Source of the DNA: Myxococcota bacterium
Lineage (GTDB): Bacteria > Myxococcota_A > UBA9160 > UBA4427
Assembly: GCA_041389425.1 (NCBI GenBank)
Contig: JAWKRX010000020.1
Span: 28,251 to 92,250, forward strand
Reading direction: 5' to 3'
DNA length: 64,000 bases
Shown: positions 41,994 to 50,900 of the stretch, piece after piece
Numbering within the stretch: position 1 is the first letter of the stretch
Layout: every line of letters begins with the position of its first letter
Made by a program: the position numbers and the translations under genes
The notes under the pieces: generated by a model
What the model saw: only the letters and a program-made list of their open reading frames with translations
Database searches by the model: none
Told to the model about the DNA's origin: nothing

Positions 41994-43664
41994 TCAGCGT
42001 GGCCCCATGCGGGTCGGGGTGCCCGGCAGCCGGCCGAGATTCTCGAGCACGAGCAGCGGCGGTCCGGGCTCGGTCGTCGTGAAGGCGACGAGATCGTCGA
42101 GGCCGTCGCCGTTCAGATCGGCGGCCCGTGTGGATCCGCTCGAGAGCGGGACCGATTGGCGGCCGAGGGGACTGCCCAGGAGGGGCGCGCCGGGCCGCCG
42201 GCTGCCGAGCCGGAAGCGGATGGAATCGTCGCCGTCGCCGACGAAGAGATCGAGCTGGCCGTCGCCATTGAGATCGCCGAAGCCCGGGACGAGGCCGACG
42301 ACGCGGCTGTTCTCGAAATCGAGTGCGAGCGCGATCCGGTCTTCGAAGAGCGTGCGCACGCCGCCCGGGCTCGTGGGATCGAGTCGAAGGATCCGGACGG
42401 TCGTCTCGGCCCGCTGGGTCACGAGCAGCCGGATCAGCTGCAGGATGCCGAACTCGAAGCTCGTCTCGAGGATCTCGCTCACGCCATCGCCCTCGAGATC
42501 GACGAAGTCGACGCTGGAGAAGCCTCCGCTCTGCTCGCGGACGGCGGTCGGCGGGGTGTCGAGCGAGACGCCGCCCGCGCCGCCGAGCTGGAAGCGCGTC
42601 GTCGAGCGTCCTCGCGTCAGGCCGCCTTCGATCGTGTTCAGCACGAGGTCGGCGCGGGTGTCGCCGTCGAGATCGCGGGCGAAGAGGTTGTGGGCGGTCG
42701 AGCCGGGGCGGCGCTCGGTCTCCTCGTCGAAGGGGATCCAGTCGAGCTTGCGCGAGGGCGACGTCGGCAGACCGTCTGCCCCAGCGTGGTAGATCCAGAT
42801 CGACCAGCGCGAGAGCGCGAACAGGTCGCGCCGGCCGTCACCGTCGTCGTCGCCCCGGGCGATCGTCGGCCAGCTCACTTCCTGCACGAGCCATTTCCAG
42901 ACGGTCTCGGGCAGGAAGGGCATGTAGCTCTGGTAGCTCGCGTAGACCGGCATCTCGATCCGGCGCGCCGTGCCGGCGGGCAGCGCGACGAGCCAGGCAC
43001 CCGTGAGCGCCGGGACGAGGGCCGCGATCCGGCCGTCGTCGTTCCAATCGTCGACCAGCGCCATGCGCCCGATCTCCCAGGGCCGGGGCGGCAGCGGGAG
43101 GCCGCCCGGAATCGGGAGATCCAGGGGCAGCGGATCGCCTTCGAGCGACTCGATCCGAATCCCGGCGGCCGAGACGGAGAGAAGCTGCGGGCCCGCCCGG
43201 CCGGGAATCCGGGCGACGTCGACGAGCACGGCGGCATCCGGCAGGCGCCGCACGACGATGCGCGGTGCGCCCGGCACGAGCGCGGATCCGCACGGCAGGA
43301 AGGTCGCAAAGCGGACCTGCGCCGGCGGGCCACCCTCGCTCGAGAGCACGAGCAGGTCCGTCGAGCCGTCGGGGCAGTCGGCGACCGCGAGCGGCCAGAC
43401 CTGCAGGATCCGCCCGCGGATGGCGTGGAGGTGCGCGCGGAACGGCTCCGGCCCCGCGGCGGCCCGCGCGGGCCGGGCGGCGGCGAGGGCGAGGGCGAGC
43501 GCCAGTGCGAGGGGCAGGCCGCAGGCGAGGCCGCGGCGCGCAGCTCGGCCGAGGGACCGCGGTCGCAGGCGGAGCAGACCCCGGTCGAAAGACCACGGTC
43601 GCAGGTGGAAGCGGCAGCTCTGGCGCAGGGAAGTCGGCAAGGCCCGGAGCATAATCGACGGCAC
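41994..43664 (-). CDS. Secreted FG-GAP/VCBS repeat protein
   Basis: Signal-like LPLALALALALAAARPARA. Repeated Ca-binding loops: DDGDGRRDLF, DLDGDTRADLV, DLEGDGVSEIL, DLNGDGQLDLFVG, DLNGDGLDDLV. Confidence 0.75.
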   Translation of the reverse strand: MPSIMLRALPTSLRQSCRFHLRPWSFDRGLLRLRPRSLGRAARRGLACGLPLALALALALAAARPARAAAGPEPFRAHLHAIRGRILQVWPLAVADCPDGSTDLLVLSSEGGPPAQVRFATFLPCGSALVPGAPRIVVRRLPDAAVLVDVARIPGRAGPQLLSVSAAGIRIESLEGDPLPLDLPIPGGLPLPPRPWEIGRMALVDDWNDDGRIAALVPALTGAWLVALPAGTARRIEMPVYASYQSYMPFLPETVWKWLVQEVSWPTIARGDDDGDGRRDLFALSRWSIWIYHAGADGLPTSPSRKLDWIPFDEETERRPGSTAHNLFARDLDGDTRADLVLNTIEGGLTRGRSTTRFQLGGAGGVSLDTPPTAVREQSGGFSSVDFVDLEGDGVSEILETSFEFGILQLIRLLVTQRAETTVRILRLDPTSPGGVRTLFEDRIALALDFENSRVVGLVPGFGDLNGDGQLDLFVGDGDDSIRFRLGSRRPGAPLLGSPLGRQSVPLSSGSTRAADLNGDGLDDLVAFTTTEPGPPLLVLENLGRLPGTPTRMGPR

Positions 43665-43829
43665 CCGCGTCCGAAGCGGCCCGATCCGGACTCAAATCGG
43701 CCTGCTGCTCCGCCGATAGCGTTCGGGATCGGCGCCGACGGGGGACCGGGCGGGACCAGGCGGTCCGGCCCTGCGCCGATCGGGTCGACGACACAGCCGC
43801 GCGATCGTGCGGGCGGGTGGATACGAAGC

Positions 43830-46433
43830 GTGCGCAATCTGGCGAGAGTCCTGTCGTTCCCGTTCGCCGTCGTGGGTCTGCTGCTCGGCGGATTCGGCGT
43901 GCTGGCTCTGCATCTGCCGGATCACGCGCTGACCGCCGTCGCGCGGGGCGGCATCGAGGCGATCGCGCAGGGGCTCGTCGATCTCGAGATCGGTCTGCCG
44001 CGGCCGCTCGCATCGCAGCTCGAAGAGTGGATCGCGCGCACACCGGTCTGTCACGTCCTGCTCGGCGTCGGAGCGCTGCTTTCGGCGTTCGCACTCGGCG
44101 CGATCGGAGGTGCCGCCTCGCCGCGGATCGCGGACCGGCATGACGACGCCGGGGCCGAGGTCAAGCTCGACAAGAAGCAGGCGCGCAAGGTGCTCAAGGA
44201 AGCCCAGGCCCTGCGCAAGCGCGGGGAGCTCGTCGAGGCGGCGGAGCTGCTCTGGAGCAACGATCAGCTCGATACGGCCGCCGCGTACTTCATCGAGGCG
44301 GGCGAGTTCTCGCGCGCGGCGGAGATCCGCCACGACCAGAATCGCTTCGAGGAATCCGCGGACCTGCACCGACAGGGCGAGAACTTCGAGACCGCGGGCT
44401 CGATCTACGCGCAGCAGGAGAACTGGGAGGCCGCCGCCGACTGCTACATCAAGGCCGGGCTCAAGAGCGTCGCCGCCGAGATGTTCGAGAAGGCAGGGAA
44501 GTTCCGCGAGGCTGCGCGCGCCTATCGCGAGACCGAATTCATGCGGCATGCCGCGGCCATGTTCGTGAAATGCAAGGACTGGCAGCTCGCCGCCGAGTCC
44601 CTCGAGGCGGTCTTCGTCGACGAGGGCGCCCGCTCCATGATGGATCCGAAGAAGGCCGCGGAGATGGCGAAGCTCGTGCGCCAGGCGGGCAAGCTCTTCC
44701 TGAAGGCGGACCAGCCCGAGCGCGCCTACAAGATGTTCGAGCGCGGCAACTGCGCGCTCGAGGCCGGCGAGGTGGCGAGCCTGCTCGGAAACCACGAACA
44801 GGCCGCCGTGCACTTCCGCGCCGCGGGCGACGTGGAACGTGCGGCCGAGGCGCTCCGCAGCTCGGGCCAGGCCCCGGAGGCCGAACGCGTCCTCGGACAG
44901 TTCCACCGCGACAAGGGCGATCGCGAGCGCGCGGCCGTCCACCTCGAGCAGGCCGGGGATCACATGGAGGCCGGCGATCTGTATCGCAGCCTCGAACAAT
45001 TCGCGAAGGCCGCCGAATGTTATTCGCGACATCACGGCTACGCCCAGGCCGCCGAGATGTTCCAGCTCGCCGGCCTGCGGGCCGAGGCGGGCGACGCCTT
45101 CGAGAAGGCCGGGCGATTCACCGAGGCCGCCGAATGCTTCGCGCTCGCGGGCCTGCCCCGGCGCGAGGCCGAGCTGCTCGACAAGGCCGGCGATTTCCTG
45201 CGCGCGGGCGAGATCTTCCATCAGGAGGGCATGGACGACGAAGCGATCTCGGCGCTCCAGCGGATCCCGTCCGAGGACGAGGATTTCGGCCGCGCGGCGG
45301 CCCTGCTCGGGGAGGTCTTCGCGAGCCGGGGGCAGCTCCCGCTCGCGATCACGAAGCTCCAGCAGGCGATCGGGGACACCGAGCTCTCGCGCGACAGCGT
45401 CGACGGCTACTTCAGGCTCGCCACCATCTACGAGCAGGACGGCAAGCCGCGCGAGGCCGCCGAGATCTTCGAGAAGGTGATGGCCTTCGACTATCACTAC
45501 CGCGACGTCGCCGACCGCCTCGCCGCCGCGCGCGCGGCGGCGGCGGCCCAGGTCCTCGCGGCGGCATCGTCGCCGGCCGCCGATCCCGCCGAAGGCGCGG
45601 CGCGCAAGCTGGCGAACGGAAGTGCGAACGCCGACGGCCGCTACCAGATCGTCGGCGAGCTCGGCCGGGGCGGGATGGGCATCGTCTACAAGGTGCAGGA
45701 CACGACGCTCGATCGCGTCGTCGCCTTCAAGGTCCTGCCCCAGGCGCTCACCGAGAACGAGCAGGCCGTCGCGAACTTCGTCCGCGAGGCGCAGGCGGCC
45801 GCGAAGCTGAACCACCCGAACATCGTGACGGTGTACGACACCGGCGAGCAGAACGGCCGCTACTACATCGCGATGGAATACGTCGAAGGCACGACGATCA
45901 AGGAGATCCTGAAGCGCCGCGGGCCGATCTCGCCTTCGGGCATCCTGCACGTGCTGATGCAGATAACCGAAGCCCTCGCGTATGCCCACGAAAAGAAGGT
46001 CGTCCACCGCGACATCAAGCCGGCGAACGCGATGTGGACGCGGGACAAGAAGGTCAAGCTGATGGACTTCGGGCTCGCGAAGGTGGTCGAGGAAGCCCGC
46101 AACCACACGACCGTCGTCGCCGGCACGCCCTACTACATGAGCCCCGAGCAGACCCTCGGCAAGAACGTCGACCACCGCACCGACATCTATTCGCTCGGCG
46201 TGACGCTGTTCGAGATGGCGACGGGGACGGTGCCCTTCAAGGAGGGCAACATCCCCTATCACCACGTCCATACGCCGCCGCCCTCGGTGCGCGAGCTTCG
46301 CCCCGACCTGCCCGAGAGCCTCGCGGCGATCATCGAACGTTGTCTGCAGAAGGATCCGGCCCTGCGCTTCCAGTCCGCGCGGGAGATCCTCGCCGAGGTG
46401 CGCGGAACCCTGTCCGGCTCCGTCGTCGGCTGA
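43830..46433 (+). CDS. Membrane Hanks-type Ser/Thr protein kinase with C-terminal kinase domain and a long 13-residue helical-repeat array
   Basis: C-terminal 867 aa of track ORF 42156..46433 (the upstream part is antisense to the FG-GAP gene); proposed GTG start at 43830. Two TM helices, about 25 repeats, then GELGRGGMGIVYK, VAFK, HRDIKPAN, MDFGLAK and YYMSPEQ. Confidence 0.8.
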   Translation: MRNLARVLSFPFAVVGLLLGGFGVLALHLPDHALTAVARGGIEAIAQGLVDLEIGLPRPLASQLEEWIARTPVCHVLLGVGALLSAFALGAIGGAASPRIADRHDDAGAEVKLDKKQARKVLKEAQALRKRGELVEAAELLWSNDQLDTAAAYFIEAGEFSRAAEIRHDQNRFEESADLHRQGENFETAGSIYAQQENWEAAADCYIKAGLKSVAAEMFEKAGKFREAARAYRETEFMRHAAAMFVKCKDWQLAAESLEAVFVDEGARSMMDPKKAAEMAKLVRQAGKLFLKADQPERAYKMFERGNCALEAGEVASLLGNHEQAAVHFRAAGDVERAAEALRSSGQAPEAERVLGQFHRDKGDRERAAVHLEQAGDHMEAGDLYRSLEQFAKAAECYSRHHGYAQAAEMFQLAGLRAEAGDAFEKAGRFTEAAECFALAGLPRREAELLDKAGDFLRAGEIFHQEGMDDEAISALQRIPSEDEDFGRAAALLGEVFASRGQLPLAITKLQQAIGDTELSRDSVDGYFRLATIYEQDGKPREAAEIFEKVMAFDYHYRDVADRLAAARAAAAAQVLAAASSPAADPAEGAARKLANGSANADGRYQIVGELGRGGMGIVYKVQDTTLDRVVAFKVLPQALTENEQAVANFVREAQAAAKLNHPNIVTVYDTGEQNGRYYIAMEYVEGTTIKEILKRRGPISPSGILHVLMQITEALAYAHEKKVVHRDIKPANAMWTRDKKVKLMDFGLAKVVEEARNHTTVVAGTPYYMSPEQTLGKNVDHRTDIYSLGVTLFEMATGTVPFKEGNIPYHHVHTPPPSVRELRPDLPESLAAIIERCLQKDPALRFQSAREILAEVRGTLSGSVVG

Positions 46434-46541
46434 GGCCCCTGCGGTCGAGCGCCGGCCGCGGCGCGATTGTCCGGCGATCCGCCCACGCTACGCTGCGGCG
46501 CGCACTCGCGCGGAGCCGGGGCCGTCGCCCGAGGAGGGGCG

Positions 46542-47492
46542 TTGCAACAGACGACGATCGCGCGGGCCGTCCGCTGGCGAGGGATCGGGCTCCACGGGGG
46601 CAAGCCCGCCGTGGTCGAGGTACAGCCGGCGCCGGTCGACGCGGGGCTCGTCTTCGTCGTGCCCGGCGAGGCGGGTGAGCGCGACGTCGAGATTCCGGCC
46701 CTGCCAGCTTCCGTCCATTCCACCGCGCGAGCGACGACGCTCGCCTCCGCCTGCGCCGCGCCCGAGAGCGCCGGGGATCGGGGCGCGGACGATCCCACGC
46801 GAGCGCTCATCGCCACCGTCGAGCACCTGCTGGCCGCGCTCTACGCCCTCGGCATCGATACGGCGCGTATCGTGGTGGGCGGGGGCGAGATCCCCGTGCT
46901 CGACGGGAGCGCGGCGCCGTACGCGCTGCGTCTGCGCCGCGCGGGCACGCGGCGGCTCGGCGCCCCGCGCCGCAGCCTCGCCGTCGTGCGGGAGCACGAG
47001 ATCCGTCTCGACGATCGCCGGATCCGGGTGGCGCCGTGCGACGGCCTGTCGATCGACTACACCATCGATTTCGACCATCCCTGCATCGGCCGCCAGCATT
47101 TCGAGCTCGCCCGCCTCGATCCCGCGACGTTCGAGCGGGAGCTCGCGCCGGCGCGGACCTTCGGGTTCGCCCGGGAGGTCGAAGCGCTGCGTTCGCTGGG
47201 ACTCGGTTGCGGCGGCGACCTCGGAAATACCCTGGTGCTGGACGAATCGGGGCTGCTGAATCCCGACGGCCTGCGGTTCCCGGACGAATTCGTCCGTCAC
47301 AAGGTCGTCGATCTGCTGGGCGACCTCGCGCTGCTCGGCGCCGATCTCCAGGCACGCGTCACCGTCGAGCGGGGCGGCCACGGGCTGCACCACGCCTTGA
47401 TCCGGGCGCTCCTCGAAGAGCCGGGCCTCGTCGCCTGGCAGACCGGATCCCGCGCCGACGGGGTCGGCCGGGCGCGCGCCCAGAGGCTGTGA
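46542..47492 (+). CDS. lpxC: UDP-3-O-acyl-N-acetylglucosamine deacetylase
   Basis: TTG start at 46542, 2 nt after GAGGAGGGG. (M)QQTTIARAVRWRGIGLHGG...ATVEHLLAAL...IPVLDGSAAPY...TFGF...GGDLGNTLVLD...LRFPDEFVRHKVVDLLGDL. Confidence 0.85.
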   Translation: MQQTTIARAVRWRGIGLHGGKPAVVEVQPAPVDAGLVFVVPGEAGERDVEIPALPASVHSTARATTLASACAAPESAGDRGADDPTRALIATVEHLLAALYALGIDTARIVVGGGEIPVLDGSAAPYALRLRRAGTRRLGAPRRSLAVVREHEIRLDDRRIRVAPCDGLSIDYTIDFDHPCIGRQHFELARLDPATFERELAPARTFGFAREVEALRSLGLGCGGDLGNTLVLDESGLLNPDGLRFPDEFVRHKVVDLLGDLALLGADLQARVTVERGGHGLHHALIRALLEEPGLVAWQTGSRADGVGRARAQRL

Positions 47493-47553
47493 AGACATCG
47501 CCGACCGAGCGCCGCCGCCAGCGACGCGACCGGGACGATGTCTTCACGGTCTC

Positions 47554-47904
47554 TCAGCCCGGGTAGTCTTCGAGCTCGCGGGCGAGCTCCGCCGTCGCCT
47601 TCTGGTCGACGAATTGCAGCCCGACGCCCGGCGTGCGCACGGCGCCCCCCGGCTCGCTCTGCGCATCGTGATGCCAGGTGACGCGCGCCTGGAGATCGTG
47701 GAGGACTTCGCCGCCGGGCACCCGGAAGCGCACCTTCACGAGATCGCCGCGGCGCAGCGGGAGCTCCGTCTGCAGGAACATCCCGCCGGCACCGAGGGTC
47801 GTCGCGTAATCGCAGTGGATGGCGCCGTTCGTCTGGTAGTCGACGAGCATGCGGACGGTCATCCGGCGGTATTTGCGCGTGTTCTTCGGTGTGCGTGTCG
47901 TCAT
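47554..47904 (-). CDS. PilZ domain protein
   Basis: 116 aa. RKYRR (RxxxR) near the N-terminus, then DYATTLGAGGMFL (a degenerate D/NxSxxG motif) and a beta-barrel-like remainder. Lies 39 nt downstream of the giant TPR gene. Confidence 0.65.
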   Translation of the reverse strand: MTTRTPKNTRKYRRMTVRMLVDYQTNGAIHCDYATTLGAGGMFLQTELPLRRGDLVKVRFRVPGGEVLHDLQARVTWHHDAQSEPGGAVRTPGVGLQFVDQKATAELARELEDYPG

Positions 47905-47943
47905 GTCGTGGCCTTCCTGCGCGCTCCCGGGGCGCGATCCGAA

Positions 47944-50900
47944 CTAACGGCTCCGCTCGAGCTTCTCGCAGAGGAGCTCGGCGATGCGGAGCATCAAGAG
48001 GCGCGCCGCCTCGCAGCTCGAGACGAGGCCTGCGATCTCGGCGCGATCGGGATCGGCGGCATCGCGCGTCCGCTCGTCGAGGGCGAGGAGCGCGAGCAGG
48101 ACCGGCCGGAGCGGCATGCCCTCCCGCTCGAGGATCTGCGCGGCCGCGAGCGCGCGCAGCTCGTCGCCCCAGGCTTCGTGATCGAAGGCTTCGATCGCGG
48201 GCAGGCTCGTCTCTTCGACGATGCGGCGGACCTTTCGGCGCGTCCAGAGCCCCAGCATCCGGTCGAGTGGATCGCGGAAGCGCGTCTCTCCGCCGTTGCC
48301 GCCGGGATCGAGGAAGAGTCCCGCGAGCGAGAGGAAGAGGCTCCGCCGCAGGGCGGCGGGCTGGCGGGCGAGATGCGGTGCCGTCAGCTCGTCGAATGCC
48401 GCCAGGATCTCGGCGGTCGGCAGGTGGTCGGCGTGGGGCGGCGCGTCGGACTCGCCTTCTTCGAGCTCGAGCAGACGAGCGAGATCGTCGCGCACCTGGT
48501 GGGCGAGGCGGCGAAGGCGCTCGGCGTCGCGCGAAGGCAGCGGCGGACCGGCATGGAGTGCGAGGCCGAAGGGCAGGCTGCGCTCGGGTGCGTCCGCTGC
48601 GGCGAATCCGAGCGAGGCGAGCACGTGGCGGGCACCGGTCGCGACCTCGCCCTGTCCGCGCCGCTCGGCGAGCGTCGCCAGCGCCTGGAGCGACGCAGGA
48701 GAGGTCGGGTTCGTCGCGAGGATCTCCCGGTGGAGCGCGAGCGCCTCGCGCCAGCGATCGGGCGCGTGCAGGAGCAGACCACCGAGGGCACTGCGGGCGA
48801 CGGCCAGCCCGGGCAGGAGGGTCAAGGCGCGTTGATAGGCACCGATCGCATCCTCGAAGGATTCGAGCGGCCCGGAGAGCAGTCGGCCGCGCTCGAGATG
48901 AACGTGCGCGAGGCTCGGGCTCTCCGCGTCCGGATGCGACTCGACGAAGCGGGCGAGGATTCCGTCGGCTTCGATCCAGTCGCCGGCCAGGCGAGCGAGT
49001 CGGGAAGCACAGAGTGCGGCTTCGCTGCAGCGCGGATCCCAGCGCGCGGCTTCGGCATAGCGGGCAGCGGCTTCCCGCCGGTCCCCGGCGACCTCCGCGA
49101 GACGCGCCAGACGCAGGGCGATGCGCGCCGAATGGGCGCCGGGCACGACGTGCTCGAGCGCGCTCTGGCAGAGCGTGCGCACCTGCTCCTCGTCGCAGTG
49201 TTCGGCTGCCAGGTCGCAGGCCAGGACCCAGGCCTCGGCGAGCTCGGGATCGTCCCGGGTCGCCCGGTCGAGGTGATCGCGGGCGCGCTCGATCTCGCCG
49301 AGCGCGAGGCGGTGTTCGGCTGCGCGCAGGCCGGCCCGGGCGCGCAGACCCGCGTCGCGTGATTCGGCGACCCAGCGCTCGAGCGCGGCCAGCGCTTCGT
49401 GCGGGCGCGCGGCGCGTTCCTCGAGGCGGACGAGCGATTCATGGGCCGGATCGAAGCCCGGATCGATCGACAGCGCCTCGCGCAGCGGCTGCGCCGCACG
49501 CTCCGTCTCCCCTTCGGCCTCGAGGGCACATGCGAGCATCCAGAGTGGGCGAACACATTCCCCGCCCGACGCGCCGGCCGCGAGCCGACGCTCGAGGAAG
49601 GGCTTCGCAGCGCTCGCGTCCCCGGCCGCGAAGTGCGCTTCGGCCAGGCCGTCGAGTGCCTCCGGCAGATCGGGGGCCCATCGGATCGCGGCGCCGTGCA
49701 GGCGGAGCGACGCGCTCGGCTGCCCGAGCCGGCGCGCGGCGCGGCCGCCGAGGAGCGCGAGGTCGAGGCGCTCGTCGGCTTCCGTTTCGCGGCCCTCGGC
49801 GATCTCGAGGGCGAGCTCGGCGTGGCGGATCGCGTCGGCCGGCCGGTCGAGTGCGCTCTCGATGCGGGTCAGCGCCTGGTGCGCGGGGAAGGAGGTCGGA
49901 TCGGCCTCGACCGCACGCAGCAGCAGCGATCGGGCGCGCTCGGCGTCGAGCGGCGCAGCGATCGCGGCGGCGAGCGTGCAATGGCGGGCCGCCTCGATCG
50001 GGAGCGCGTGGGATGCTGCCCGCTCGAGTGTGGCGATCGCTGATTCCGAGCGGCCCTGCGCGTGTTGCAGACGGCCGAGCAGTGCGAGGGCGCCCGCGTG
50101 CTCCGGTCCGATCGCGACGGCCCGCTCCGCGCGCGCGAGCGCCGCGGCCGTCTCGCCCGCCTCGGCGAGCTGGCTCGCGAGCCGCAGCTGATCCTCGACA
50201 CGCGCGGTCGTGTCCTCGCGATCGCACCAGCGCGCGAAGGTCGCGCGGAACTGCGAGACGTCTCCGACCCCCTCGTAGAGCTGCGCGAGGGCGCGCTCGT
50301 CGGCGGGCGCCAGGGGCTCCAGCTTCTCCGCCTCGCGATAGGCGGCGATCGCGCGCTCCGCGCCGGCTTCGCTCGTCGAATGGAGCGCCGCGAGGCGCAG
50401 CTGGATCGTGCGGCGCCGGTCGCGATCGGGTGCGGCGTCGCCGTCCCGCAGGCCGAGCTCGCGTTCGTAGAGCGAGATGGCCTCGCCGGGTTCACCCCGA
50501 AGCTCTTCGATCTCGATGAGCGAGGCCATGGCCTCGCGATCTCGCGGATCGAGGTCGAGCGCGGTGCGGTAGGCCGCCCGCGCCTCGTCGAGTGCATGCA
50601 GGCGCTTCCAGGCGAGATCGCCCAGACGGCGGGCGAGTGCCGAACGCGCGCGGCGCGGAATGCGGTCCTCGAGGGCCAGCTCGTCGCGGAGGGCTTCTGC
50701 GAGGGCGGTGTCGTCGCGGAGTCGGTCCGCGCAGCGGCTCCGCCCCCGAACGGCCTCGAGCACGAGGGCCGGATCCCGCTCGGCCTCGCGGTAGGCGAGG
50801 GCGGCTCCGCGCCAGTCGAGCCGATCGGATTCACGGAGTGCGGCGAGCTCGAGCCACTCGCGCGGCGTCCCCGCGCCGCTCGCGAGATGGGCGGCGAGTC

